From: Bacillota bacterium
GTDB lineage: Bacteria; Bacillota; JAAYKD01
Reading direction: 5' to 3'
Assembly: GCA_963666425.2 (NCBI GenBank)
Contig: OY762825.2
Coordinates: forward strand, 1,888,001-1,952,000
DNA: 64,000 bases
The position numbers and the translations under genes are program-made. The stretch's first letter is position 1. Each line of letters opens with the position of its first letter. Shown one piece after another: positions 47,449 through 57,551 of the stretch. The notes beneath the pieces were generated by a model. The model searched no databases. It saw only the letters and a program-made list of their open reading frames with translations, and was not told the origin of the DNA.

Positions 47449-47520
47449 GTCTCGTTAGCTGACAGGTGAACCATATTATGATATAATAAAACATGAGAAA
47501 AACGAAAAGGAGTGGTTGAT

Positions 47521-48060
47521 GTGAAATTGCTGATTATTTCCGGAACACCGAAAAAAGAAGGACTTTGCGTTTCGTTTATTCAGGCTGCCCAGGCAGCCGG
47601 CCAAAATAGCTGTGATCTGGTTTCACTGAGCGATTTAAAACTGGAAAGCTGCCGCGTCTGCAACGAGGGTTGGGGTCAATGCCGCACGGAGCACACCTGT
47701 ATCATCAACGATGGTTTCAATGAACTGAAAGCTTCTATGGCAAATTACGATGGCTTTCTCTTTGTCACACCGGTCTATTGGGGAGAAGTCAGCGAACCAA
47801 TGAAACTCTTTCTTGACCGTCTCAGACGCTGTGAAGCATCTCATCGGGAAGAAAGTATCCTGAAAGATAAAAAATGTCTGCTCGTCGCCAGCGCCGGCGG
47901 TTCCGGCAACGGAACGCTGAGCTGCCTGGAAGAATTACAGCGGGCTGTAACGCATATGGGCGGCAAAGTGTTTGACTACTTCAGTATGAATCGTTGGAAT
48001 GCCGACTACAAGCGGGAAGCGCTGGTCAACGCAGTGGAATTGATGTTAAAGGACAACTAA
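47521..48060 (+). CDS. Flavodoxin-like / iron-sulfur flavoprotein (NADPH-dependent FMN reductase family)
   Basis: ISGTPKKEG, CRVC...C...C cluster, TPVYWG, SAGGSGNG. Confidence 0.85.
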   Translation: MKLLIISGTPKKEGLCVSFIQAAQAAGQNSCDLVSLSDLKLESCRVCNEGWGQCRTEHTCIINDGFNELKASMANYDGFLFVTPVYWGEVSEPMKLFLDRLRRCEASHREESILKDKKCLLVASAGGSGNGTLSCLEELQRAVTHMGGKVFDYFSMNRWNADYKREALVNAVELMLKDN

Positions 48061-48232
48061 AAACAAGCCAATTGGAGCAATTAAAAAAGACTTTTTGCAG
48101 TGATGTGAAAAGTCTTTTTTTTAAACGAAACTTTACTTTTTCGGCAGCCGGAACCGTATGCTTGGCAAAAGGAGATTAGGCTAAACTTCGCGAATCAATG
48201 GAACATCAATTGAAAAAGAGGTGAGAGCCGAG

Positions 48233-49249
48233 ATGCCTACCACAACCTATAAATGCCCTGCCTGCGGTGGAGGTTTGGTTTATAATCCCGAAATTTCAAA
48301 GTTCAGCTGCGATTATTGCGGCAGTACTTTTGAAGAAAAGCAACTGACTGACAAGCTGCAGGATCAATCCGCTGCGGTAGAACACAGTGTGATCTATTCC
48401 TGTCCCAGCTGCGGCGCTGAGATCGTGACCGATGAAACCACGGCAGCGACTTTCTGTTATTATTGTCATAACCCGGTGGTCTTGTCGGGGCGTTTAGCCG
48501 GTGAATTTCATCCCGATTTTGTTTTGCCTTTTACCGTCAGTAAAGAAGCGGCGAAGGCTGCTTTTCTGCAATGGATTGGCAAAAAACGTTATGTACCCAA
48601 GCGATTTTACGATGATGAAAATCTCGAAAAAATCAGTGGGGTCTACTATCCCTATTGGCTGGCGGATTACCAATTGGCAGGTTCCTTTGACGGGGAAGGC
48701 ACCCAGGTGAACAGTGTAGTCACACCGATGGAGACGATTGTTACCACCAAACATTACGATGTCGGTCGGCAAGGGACGCTGGAATTTCATGAGATCGAAC
48801 GCAGTGCCCTGCAAAAAGCGGATCGTAAATTAGCGGACGGCGTGCATCCCTACAATCTGGCAGAAATGAAAGAATTTTCCGAAACTTATCTTTCCGGTTT
48901 TCAAGCAGAAAAACGTGACATTGATAATGCCGAGCTGCACGAATCGGTGGAAGCCGAACTCAAACAATATGCGCGGCCGCTGCTGACGCGAGATCTCAAT
49001 TATAGTTCACTGAGCGGTAACGTCAGCACCGCAGTCCGTAAAGCGGAGTTTAAGTATGCCTTGCTGCCGGCCTGGATCATTACTTATCACGATCAGGCAG
49101 GTCGGCTTTTCTACTATAGCATGAACGGTCAAACGCAGGCTACTTGCGGTATCCTGCCGTTGGACACCGGAAAATTGCTGCGGGACTGTCTGCTGTTGGC
49201 CTTTGTTATCGCAGCGTTGCTCTGTGCGGGAGGGTATTTCTTATGGTAA
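48233..49249 (+). CDS. Zinc-ribbon membrane-anchored protein
   Basis: Four CxxC pairs (CPAC, CDYC, CPSC, CYYC), GVYYPYW, MNGQT, C-terminal TM helix. Confidence 0.85.
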   Translation: MPTTTYKCPACGGGLVYNPEISKFSCDYCGSTFEEKQLTDKLQDQSAAVEHSVIYSCPSCGAEIVTDETTAATFCYYCHNPVVLSGRLAGEFHPDFVLPFTVSKEAAKAAFLQWIGKKRYVPKRFYDDENLEKISGVYYPYWLADYQLAGSFDGEGTQVNSVVTPMETIVTTKHYDVGRQGTLEFHEIERSALQKADRKLADGVHPYNLAEMKEFSETYLSGFQAEKRDIDNAELHESVEAELKQYARPLLTRDLNYSSLSGNVSTAVRKAEFKYALLPAWIITYHDQAGRLFYYSMNGQTQATCGILPLDTGKLLRDCLLLAFVIAALLCAGGYFLW

Positions 49250-50130
49250 AGTATTTACGGCACGGACTCTGCTGGACGCTTGGCTTGGTTTTTCTGCTGC
49301 TTTTAGGGCAGACGGTACTGGCAGCGGATCTCGCTTCCGGCAGCGCACGGGTTTTTGATCAAGCCAATTTATTCACTCCCACCCAAGAGCAAACCCTTGA
49401 GCAGGAGATCAGCAAACTGCGCACGGCGATCAAGATGGATGTTGTTGTCTTGACCAGTACAGGCGCCAAATACAGCGCCAATGACAGTCAGGCTGAAAAA
49501 AACGGCATGGCATTCGCCGATGATTTTTACGATCAAAACGGCTTTGGCAGCGGCGAAGCGAAGAGCGGCCTGATCTATTTTATTGATATGTCAAACCGGA
49601 TGCCGATTATTACGACCTGCGGTGCGATGATCAATTATATTACCGATGCCCGGCTGGAAATCATGCTGGATGCAGCCTGGCAGCCTTTGGCTGACAGTGA
49701 TTTTGTCGCTTCGGTCAGCAGTATTCTGCAAAATACAAAAAAGTACGTTGATAGCGGCATCCCGGAAGGACAGTATCAATATGATACAGAAACCGGGATG
49801 CCCACCACCACGCCTCACAAGGTGCTGACCATTGCAGAAGCGGGTCTCGCCGTCGGAGTTGGCGCCGTGGCGGCGGCCATCCTTTACTTTGCCGTGCGTG
49901 CTACCTATCAATTGAAAGGCAGCACCTATCATTATGATCTCAGCGAACACTCTTCTGTGCAGATCACCGGCAGCAAAGATGAGTATCTGCGCACCTCGAT
50001 CAGCCGCATTCCCAGACCGCGCCCACCGGTCAATCGCGGCGGCGGCGGGGGATTTGGCGGCAATCGCAGCGGCACGCATATTTCCGGCGGTGGTGTGACG
50101 CACGGCGGCGGCGGCGGACGGCGCTTCTAG
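49243..50130 (+). CDS. TPM domain membrane protein
   Basis: VFDQANLFT..LEQEI, ADDFYD, TM helix, Gly-rich tail HGGGGGRRF. Confidence 0.88.
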   Translation: MVKYLRHGLCWTLGLVFLLLLGQTVLAADLASGSARVFDQANLFTPTQEQTLEQEISKLRTAIKMDVVVLTSTGAKYSANDSQAEKNGMAFADDFYDQNGFGSGEAKSGLIYFIDMSNRMPIITTCGAMINYITDARLEIMLDAAWQPLADSDFVASVSSILQNTKKYVDSGIPEGQYQYDTETGMPTTTPHKVLTIAEAGLAVGVGAVAAAILYFAVRATYQLKGSTYHYDLSEHSSVQITGSKDEYLRTSISRIPRPRPPVNRGGGGGFGGNRSGTHISGGGVTHGGGGGRRF

Positions 50131-50231
50131 AACCAAAGAAAAACTTGGTAATTGACCTGCAACAGAAAAAGGCAGCCGACGATGAAAACCGTCAGCTGCC
50201 TTTTTTACAGTTTGCCAGGATCAAGAAAAGA

Positions 50232-51368
50232 TTAGAGCGATTGACCGATCCGCAGCAGACGCATAATGCGTTCCGCGGTGGCTTCAATCAAGATTTCGGC
50301 TTGCCGCATGGATTCCTGCAGAGAGATGGGACCGTTGGCGATGCTGAGTAGGGCATCAATTCCCTGTGCATAGACTGCTTCGGCACCGTCGGCGATGCAG
50401 CCGGTGATGGCGACGACGGGCACCTGCCTTTGCTTTGCCCTGGCAGCTACACCGACCGGCACTTTGCCAAACACTGTCTGGCTGTCAATGCGGCCTTCGC
50501 CGGTGATGACGAGATCGGTGCTTTGCAGCAGGCTGTCAAAATCGGCTAAATCCAACATCACATCAATGCCGCGCTGAATTTTGCCGTTGCCGAAAGCCAT
50601 TAAGGCCAGGGCGGCTCCGCCAGCCGCTCCCGCTCCGGGCAGAACAGCAAGATCGAGACCTAACTGCGTTTGCAGCAGAGAAGCATAATGCAAAAGCGCC
50701 GCATCCAACTGCAGTACCTGCAGCGGAGAAGCGCCTTTCTGCGGTCCGAAAATCGCGCTGGCGCCCTGCGGACCGCAAAGCGGATTATTCACATCGCAGG
50801 CGATGATGACTTCGGTGGCTGCGAAACGCTTGTCCAAACCGCTGAGATCAATCCGATGCAGGTTAGCCAACGCGGCTCCCCCTTCAGGCAGCAAACAGCC
50901 GAGTTGATCGTAAAACCGAACGCCCAAGGCGCTGGCCAGACCCATGCCACCGTCATTGGTGGCGCTGCCGCCCAAGCCGATGATCAGTCGGCGGCAGCCC
51001 AGATCGAGCGCCGCAGCAATCAATTGACCCGTGCCATAAGTGGAAGTCCGCAGCGGATCGAGACGCTCTTGGCTGAGCAAGGTCAAACCGGAGGCTGCTG
51101 CCAATTCCACCACACCGGTCCCGTCGGGCAAGACGGCAAAAACCGCCTCGGTTGCATCACCGAGCGGACCGCGTACCAACCGGTGATGCAGTACGCCGGA
51201 TAAACCTTCGCTTAAGGCAAGGCAGGTACCTTCGCCGCCATCGGCAATCGGCACGATCGTTATATGGGCAGCCAGATCGACTTTGGCGATTCCCCGTGCC
51301 ACGGCGCGGGCGGCTTCCAGCGTCGTGCAGCTGCCTTTGAAGGAATCAACGGCTACAATAATATGCAA
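50232..51368 (-). CDS. Glycerate kinase (GarK/GlxK family)
   Basis: DSFKGS, ADGGEGT, GLGGSATNDGG, FGPQKGA, TGEGRIDSQT..GKVP. Confidence 0.95.
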   Translation of the reverse strand: MHIIVAVDSFKGSCTTLEAARAVARGIAKVDLAAHITIVPIADGGEGTCLALSEGLSGVLHHRLVRGPLGDATEAVFAVLPDGTGVVELAAASGLTLLSQERLDPLRTSTYGTGQLIAAALDLGCRRLIIGLGGSATNDGGMGLASALGVRFYDQLGCLLPEGGAALANLHRIDLSGLDKRFAATEVIIACDVNNPLCGPQGASAIFGPQKGASPLQVLQLDAALLHYASLLQTQLGLDLAVLPGAGAAGGAALALMAFGNGKIQRGIDVMLDLADFDSLLQSTDLVITGEGRIDSQTVFGKVPVGVAARAKQRQVPVVAITGCIADGAEAVYAQGIDALLSIANGPISLQESMRQAEILIEATAERIMRLLRIGQSL

Positions 51369-51422
51369 GGTGCTTTTCCTCCCCTCGATTCGCGGCTTTT
51401 CATTGGTTTTAGCCGGCGGCAG

Positions 51423-52055
51423 TTACTCAACGATTTCTTCCACTTCTTCAATGAAAGCGCGGATGCGTAAAAAAAGCATGGCTAAGGCGACTGTGTTGTG
51501 TCCGCCCTCCGGAATGATGATATCGGCATATTTGCGGCTGGGCTCCACAAATTTCTCATGCATCGGTTTCACGGTGTTCAGGTATTGCTCGCGGATGGAG
51601 ACCAGACTGCGGCCGCGTTCGTTGATATCACGCTCAATCCGGCGCAGAATGCGGACATCGGCGTCGGTATCAACAAAGACTTTAATATCCAGCATCGCGC
51701 GCAAAGCGGGGTCTTCCAAAATCAGAATGCCATCGATCACGATGACGGGAGTGGACGGGACTAGGATGGCAGCCTGAGAGCGGTTGTGAATCGTAAAATC
51801 ATAAACCGGGCAGTGAATGGTGTTGCCCAGACGCAGCTGTTCGAGATCTTTGACCAAGCGTTCGGTTTCAAAAGCTTCCGGGTGATCGTAATTCAAACGA
51901 CAGCGCTCATCATAGTCTAACTCATCGTGAGCCCGATAATAATTATCATGATAGATGACACAGAGATCGTCACCAAAACGATCCGCCAGACGCCGTGTTA
52001 AGGTCGTTTTACCGGAGCCGGTTCCCCCGGCAACGCCGATAATCAAGGTTTTCAT
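51423..52055 (-). CDS. udk: Uridine kinase
   Basis: GVAGGTGSGKTT, NYDHPEAF, RDINERGR, VKPMH.FVEPS..YADIIIP. Confidence 0.96.
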   Translation of the reverse strand: MKTLIIGVAGGTGSGKTTLTRRLADRFGDDLCVIYHDNYYRAHDELDYDERCRLNYDHPEAFETERLVKDLEQLRLGNTIHCPVYDFTIHNRSQAAILVPSTPVIVIDGILILEDPALRAMLDIKVFVDTDADVRILRRIERDINERGRSLVSIREQYLNTVKPMHEKFVEPSRKYADIIIPEGGHNTVALAMLFLRIRAFIEEVEEIVE

Positions 52056-52259
52056 CGTATGCAGTCCTTTCCGGCTCCTGAATTTTTGGCAAGTGATGCC
52101 TGCTTTTCAGCTTCTGAACTGAATTATAGCACGTGTTTTGCCAATTACCAACTGCTTTTTTCTATGATCACACCGCTCGTTTTGACGCTATTGCATCAGC
52201 CGGTTTTATGCTATAATAACCTGACAAGCAAAACGAAGGAAGAAAGGGCGTGTATCGTA

Positions 52260-53324
52260 ATGCAAATTGACAGCATTGAAACCCCGGCTTTGATTTTGGA
52301 TCAAAAGAAATTCGAACACAATCTGCAAACCATGATGGACCTGATCAAGGACAGCGGCATGGCGCTCCGGCCGCACTATAAATCGCATAAAAGCGCCGCC
52401 ATTGCCTTAAAACAGATCGAATACGGCGCGAAGGGAATCACCTGTGCCAAATTGAGCGAAGCAGAGGACCTGGCGGACGCCGGTGTGCAGGATATTCTGA
52501 TCGCCAACCAAATTGTGCAGCCTGCGAAACTGAGCCGAGCGGCTTGGCTAGCCAAGCGCTGCCGCCTGACGCTTTGCGTGGATTGCCAGGAGAATATACT
52601 GGCCTTAGCTGCCGCCGCTGTGCTAGCCGATGCGACCGTGCATTGTTATGTTGAATTTGATGTCGGCATGAAGCGCTGCGGGGTGACTAGCTTTGCTGCG
52701 GTGGAACAACTGGCGCGCTGTATCATGGCGCAGCCGCATTTAAGCTTTGACGGGATCCAAGCCTATGCCGGCCAATTGTCGCACGAATACAATGCGGTAA
52801 AGCGGACCAGTGCCTCTGCCTTGACCGATCAAACCTTGGTGGATTTAAAAAAATACCTGGAAGAGCAGGGCATCCCGGTCTTGCAGATCAGCGGCGGCAG
52901 CACGGGTACGGCCTTGTTGAAAGGGAAGCCGCGAATTTACACGGAACTGCAGGCGGGAACTTATATTTTCATGGATGCGTCCTACGGCAAGATGCAGCTG
53001 CCCTTTGAGCAGGCGTTGTTTGTTCTGACGACCGTGATCAGCAGCGGCGAACATTTGGTGATAACCGACGCCGGTGTCAAATCGGTTGGGGTTGACCAGG
53101 GCAATCCGGTCTTCGTCGGTTTTGATCCGGAAGCGCCTGTCAACATGAGCGAAGAGCACGGAGCCATTCGCTTAGAAATAAACAATTGCAAAATCAACGA
53201 TAAGATTTTTTATATTCCCGGTCACAGTTGTACGACAGCGAATTTGCACGACAAGATCTATCTGGTGCAAGGCGACAGAGTCGTCGACCGAATCCTGATT
53301 ACCAGCCGCGGCAAAGCGCAGTAA
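52260..53324 (+). CDS. PLP-dependent fold III enzyme (D-threonine aldolase / DSD1 family)
   Basis: TPALILD, LRPHYKSHK (PLP Lys), RCGV, SGGSTGT, ELQAGTYIFMD, SEEHG, PGHSC. Confidence 0.9.
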   Translation: MQIDSIETPALILDQKKFEHNLQTMMDLIKDSGMALRPHYKSHKSAAIALKQIEYGAKGITCAKLSEAEDLADAGVQDILIANQIVQPAKLSRAAWLAKRCRLTLCVDCQENILALAAAAVLADATVHCYVEFDVGMKRCGVTSFAAVEQLARCIMAQPHLSFDGIQAYAGQLSHEYNAVKRTSASALTDQTLVDLKKYLEEQGIPVLQISGGSTGTALLKGKPRIYTELQAGTYIFMDASYGKMQLPFEQALFVLTTVISSGEHLVITDAGVKSVGVDQGNPVFVGFDPEAPVNMSEEHGAIRLEINNCKINDKIFYIPGHSCTTANLHDKIYLVQGDRVVDRILITSRGKAQ

Positions 53325-53335
53325 ACGGTGCGATC

Positions 53336-54130
53336 ATGCAGAACAACCAACTGAACGCGCAAGAAATCCGAGATTGCCTTCGTGCCGAGTACCGTCAAAT
53401 ACCGATCAGCATTGAGCAGCAGGTTACCTCCACCAATCAGACTGCCAAAGAACAGGCGCTAAACGGCGCTCCACACGGCTCTCTTTGGTTAGCGGAAAGT
53501 CAGACAGCCGGTCGGGGACGCTTGGGCCGCAGCTTTTTTTCACCCAATCAACAGGGAATTTATCTCAGCCTGCTGTTGCGCCGTCAAACGGAACAACAGC
53601 CGCTCTTGCTGCTGACGACTTTAGCAGCCGTCGCGGTCCGGCGTGCGGTAGCTGAAGTTTGCGATATCGCCACCCAGATCAAATGGGTGAATGATATCTA
53701 TCTGCACGACCGCAAATTGGCTGGCATTTTGGCGGAGGGTGTGATCAGCCCGGCGGGAGAATTGACGGCCGTGGTGCTGGGCATCGGGCTGAACTTTTGC
53801 GGCAAGCAGGAAGAATATCCGCCCGAACTGCAGAATGTGCTCACCACCCTCTATCGTGAGGCAGCACCGGTCAGCCGCAATCAACTGATCGCTGCCATTT
53901 TGAATCAGCTTCTGCTGCTGGCCGAGCAACCCGTTCTGCATACGACGGCCCTGCAGGAATACCGAACGCATTCCTGGTTACTGGGGCAGGCGATCACCTG
54001 GCAGGAAAACGGCATCCTTTATAAAGGGATGGCGCTGGATATCGATGCTGCCGGCGGTTTGCTGGTAGCCAAAGAAAATGGAGAACAGCTGACGCTGCGC
54101 AGTGGGGAAGTCACTGTGCGCAAACAATAA
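53336..54130 (+). CDS. birA: Biotin-protein ligase lacking the N-terminal HTH
   Basis: STN, QTAGRGRLGRSF, KWVND, KLAGIL, GIGLN, SGEV. Confidence 0.93.
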   Translation: MQNNQLNAQEIRDCLRAEYRQIPISIEQQVTSTNQTAKEQALNGAPHGSLWLAESQTAGRGRLGRSFFSPNQQGIYLSLLLRRQTEQQPLLLLTTLAAVAVRRAVAEVCDIATQIKWVNDIYLHDRKLAGILAEGVISPAGELTAVVLGIGLNFCGKQEEYPPELQNVLTTLYREAAPVSRNQLIAAILNQLLLLAEQPVLHTTALQEYRTHSWLLGQAITWQENGILYKGMALDIDAAGGLLVAKENGEQLTLRSGEVTVRKQ

Positions 54131-54182
54131 AAAGGGCCGCATCGATTCCGAAAATAAGGAGTCGATGCGGTCTTTTGCTGGC

Positions 54183-55364
54183 TTACTGCAGGGTACCGTT
54201 GCCTTCCCGGGAGATGAATACGGTATCGTCGCGGATGAAAAGAATCACGTCCGGTTGATAAGCTGCGACATAGTCGTAAACGGAATGCCAATTATAATGA
54301 CGCAAATCAAGGCTGCGTGTCTGATTGAAATGAGCATAAAATAAAGGTTCCAGGGCGTTGGTATAAGAGTCGCCGATGATCAGCAGATTGGGTAATTCCG
54401 GACGATCAGTCAACAGAATCGTCTCCGGATGATCGCCGCCCATATAGATTGTATAGAAGGCATCTTCTTCCTGGGTTGCCGGCCTGTCAATCAGTGGTGT
54501 GTCGTCTGGAGCCCACATTTCCAGTCTGGTATAAGCCGGCGTCTCCGGTAAGCTGACATAAATCAAGGGGTCCTGCAAGTTGCTTAAGCCGAAGAGGGCG
54601 CGGTAACGGGTTCCCATCAAGCGATTGGGCAGCTCTTCCCAGCTCAAATCCTGTTCTAAAAGCGGCTCAATCGCGAGATTGGTCGTCTGATTAATCCGGT
54701 CAATGATCTGACGGTAAACAGAAAAGGCACCGTAAAGAGTATAGTGGTGATCTGTTTTGTGATAGAGCGGGTAAGTCCCATCAGAAGGGAACTTTTTCGT
54801 GAGATCAAGTACATCAATGCCAATCTTTTGCATCGCATCAAACAGCAGGGCAGCATTGCGCCGCGTGAAATCCAGATGATTGTCTAAATACCAGGGATAT
54901 TTGTCAGCAAAGTAAGTGGCTTGGCTGGCTATACCGGTAAAGAGGATCTTGCCGCCATAACTGTCTGTGATCGCTTTCATTTTTGCCCATTCCGTCTGCA
55001 TGACAGCGACGTCCGTGACAGCATCATCGTAGGATTCGTCTTTGGCTGTATCATTGTAAGGCAGTAATACTTCATCGGTGATCACAATATCATTAACGAC
55101 TGGCTTATGCAGAAAAAGCTGCAGCCGGGTATAGCTGCGCATCAGCGACTCCCTCAAAATGAAATGATCACTCAAAGCGGCTTCCAATTGCGGAAAATAC
55201 GTATTGTTCAGCAGCGCAGTCCAGCTGAATTCCGGAAAGGGCTGCAAGCTGCGGTATTCGTAATAGGCAACCTCGCTTGCGGTGATTTGCGGACCGAAAA
55301 TCATTACGGCAAACAAGAGCATCAGGAAACCAAAAATAAAAAACCGATTGCGGGTGGATGTCAT
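54183..55364 (-). CDS. DHHW/AlgJ/PatB1-like SGNH O-acyltransferase
   Basis: N-terminal anchor, YHKTDHHY motif, IGDSY, LDLRHY; follows the MBOAT gene. Confidence 0.8.
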   Translation of the reverse strand: MTSTRNRFFIFGFLMLLFAVMIFGPQITASEVAYYEYRSLQPFPEFSWTALLNNTYFPQLEAALSDHFILRESLMRSYTRLQLFLHKPVVNDIVITDEVLLPYNDTAKDESYDDAVTDVAVMQTEWAKMKAITDSYGGKILFTGIASQATYFADKYPWYLDNHLDFTRRNAALLFDAMQKIGIDVLDLTKKFPSDGTYPLYHKTDHHYTLYGAFSVYRQIIDRINQTTNLAIEPLLEQDLSWEELPNRLMGTRYRALFGLSNLQDPLIYVSLPETPAYTRLEMWAPDDTPLIDRPATQEEDAFYTIYMGGDHPETILLTDRPELPNLLIIGDSYTNALEPLFYAHFNQTRSLDLRHYNWHSVYDYVAAYQPDVILFIRDDTVFISREGNGTLQ

Positions 55365-55424
55365 AGCGGGAAATCACTTCTTTCTCTGCCCCGTTTTGTC
55401 AGTTTAGCAGTAAACAGGTATTGC

Positions 55425-56846
55425 CTAGAAACGGAAATAAATGAAGGGATTATAATTACTGCGAATCAAATAGACGGTAGAGACGACCAACAACAGCAGC
55501 AATGCCAAATCCGCCGCATGGGAAAGCCAGCGTTGTAGATTCAAATCGATCCGTTTTTGGTAGGAAGAAGACAGAATTTCCTGCCAGGGAATGCAGGCCA
55601 AAATAGAAAGCAACAGAACGAGGCCATATTGGTAGAGATAATAGACCGTCTGTTTGTTCCAGAACGGAGTCGCAATGCCAAAGAGATTGCGCAGTAAACC
55701 GGAGAGAGCAGATAAATCTGTGGTATAGAACATGGTCCAGCCCATCATCACCAAAAACAACATATAGATTGTCTGGAAGGGACGGCGTAAATGGCTGAGG
55801 AAACGTCCCCAAACATACTTTTCCATCAGCAGCAAGATGCCAAAATAGCTACCCCAGAGCACGAAATTCCAAGAAGCACCGTGCCAGGCACCGGTAAGTA
55901 CCCAAACCAGCATGACATTGAAGATATTCCGTCCGATGGAGACATAATTGCCGCCCAGAGGGATATAGACATAATCGCGGAACCAGGTGCTGAGCGAAAT
56001 ATGCCAGCGCCGCCAAAATTCCGTGATGGAACGCGAAATATAGGGGTAATTAAAATTCTCCGGAAAGGTAAAACCAAACATGCGGCCGAGACCGATGGCC
56101 ATATCGGAATAGCCAGAAAAGTCGAAATAGATTTGCATACTGTAAGCCAGTAAACCGATCCAGGCGGTGGCAGTGACCAGGGAACCGGCAGGCTTCCTCA
56201 AAATCTCATCGCCTAAAGCACCCAAGGTGTTGGCCAGAATGATTTTTTTAGCCAGGCCAATGATAAAACGCCGTACACCGGAGGCGAATAAATCACCGCT
56301 TTCCTGACGTTTCCGCACCTGCCAGGCAAAGATATCATAGCGGACAATCGGACCGGCAATCAATTGAGAGAAGAAAGCGATGTAAAGCATCAAATCCAAG
56401 AGATTGCGCTGCGCATCAGCCTTGCCGCTGCGCACATCCAACAGGTAACTCAAACCCTGAAAGGTATAAAAAGAGATACCGATTGGTAAGGCGATGTTGG
56501 GTAAGGTGCCGCTTGTCCCCAGCAAAGAAAACCAGCTGCCGACCAAAAAGGCAGCATATTTATAATAAATCAACAAGCCAAGGTTGATGGTTATCGCGAG
56601 GAAGGTAACATAATACTTGCCAGTGCGCTCCCGCTCTTGCTCGATCGCTAAACCAAGGAAATAATTGATCACAACAGAAGCCAGCATCACAATGATGTGA
56701 GTTGGTTCACCATAGGCATAAAAAAACAGGCTCCAGATCAGAAGCGCAAAGTTACGCCAGGATAGCCATTTGGCGGGGATCAGAAAGTAGAGTAAAAAAA
56801 GGGAAGGTAAAAAATAAAATAAAAAAATGACGCTGCTGAAAACCAT
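55425..56846 (-). CDS. MBOAT O-acyltransferase (AlgI/PatA/DltB family)
   Basis: LPIGISFYTFQ, AGPIVR, QIYFDFSGYSDMAIG, FWRRWHISLSTWFRDYVYIPLGG, GAWHGA, NPFIYFRF. Confidence 0.95.
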   Translation of the reverse strand: MVFSSVIFLFYFLPSLFLLYFLIPAKWLSWRNFALLIWSLFFYAYGEPTHIIVMLASVVINYFLGLAIEQERERTGKYYVTFLAITINLGLLIYYKYAAFLVGSWFSLLGTSGTLPNIALPIGISFYTFQGLSYLLDVRSGKADAQRNLLDLMLYIAFFSQLIAGPIVRYDIFAWQVRKRQESGDLFASGVRRFIIGLAKKIILANTLGALGDEILRKPAGSLVTATAWIGLLAYSMQIYFDFSGYSDMAIGLGRMFGFTFPENFNYPYISRSITEFWRRWHISLSTWFRDYVYIPLGGNYVSIGRNIFNVMLVWVLTGAWHGASWNFVLWGSYFGILLLMEKYVWGRFLSHLRRPFQTIYMLFLVMMGWTMFYTTDLSALSGLLRNLFGIATPFWNKQTVYYLYQYGLVLLLSILACIPWQEILSSSYQKRIDLNLQRWLSHAADLALLLLLVVSTVYLIRSNYNPFIYFRF

Positions 56847-57086
56847 ATTAAGCTCCTTTGGGCTGCAATGTAACAAAATAGTATCATGTACTATATCATA
56901 TCAATTCTGAAATGACAACCAACAGAATTTGAAAAAATTTGTGTTTCCTGGTCAAACATACAGCGGAATCAGCGTCAAATATGGGAAATAATGTGCTCAG
57001 CAGCCAATCGGTAAACTAAAATCTTGTGTCTTTGTCCAAAAAGTGCTATAATTAATCTATTAAAAATGTTTGAGAGCAGGGAGAGT

Positions 57087-57476
57087 ATGGCTAAAATCAG
57101 CGCATCGGGTCAGGATTATCTCGAGGCCTTATTAGAGTTATCGGGAGGTATGCATCCCGTTCGCTCCATCGATTTGGCCAACCGGATCGGAGTGTCCCGC
57201 GCGAGTGTCAACAAAGCAATTGGCGTTTTAAAAAACAGTGGTTTTGTCTTGCAGGAGCGTTATTCCGATATCATTCTGACCGAAGAGGGCATCAGTGCAG
57301 CCAAAGCGGTGCGCAAGCGCCATACCGTTTTAAAGACTTTTTTACAGAGCGCTTTGCAGGTTGGTGCCAAAAATGCCGAAGAGGATGCCTGTAAAATGGA
57401 ACATGTGATCAGTGTGGAAACCCTGGAAAAATTACAGAACTTTCTGGTTTTGCAGGGTATGTTAAAAAAAGAATGA
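57087..57476 (+). CDS. DtxR/MntR family metal-dependent regulator
   Basis: QDYLEAL, HTH VSRASV, RKRH, EEDACKMEH. Confidence 0.92.
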   Translation: MAKISASGQDYLEALLELSGGMHPVRSIDLANRIGVSRASVNKAIGVLKNSGFVLQERYSDIILTEEGISAAKAVRKRHTVLKTFLQSALQVGAKNAEEDACKMEHVISVETLEKLQNFLVLQGMLKKE

Positions 57477-57551
57477 AAAAAGGCTGCCGAATGGCAGTCT
57501 TTTTCATTCTTTTTTGCGTGTGGAATCCGCTTTTTCTGTCTGGGAAAGCGG

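Noticed and set aside
47338-47460. tRNA-Asp as an integration site
   Set aside because: No duplicated tRNA 3' end or integrase was noticed in the window; an ordinary terminator follows.
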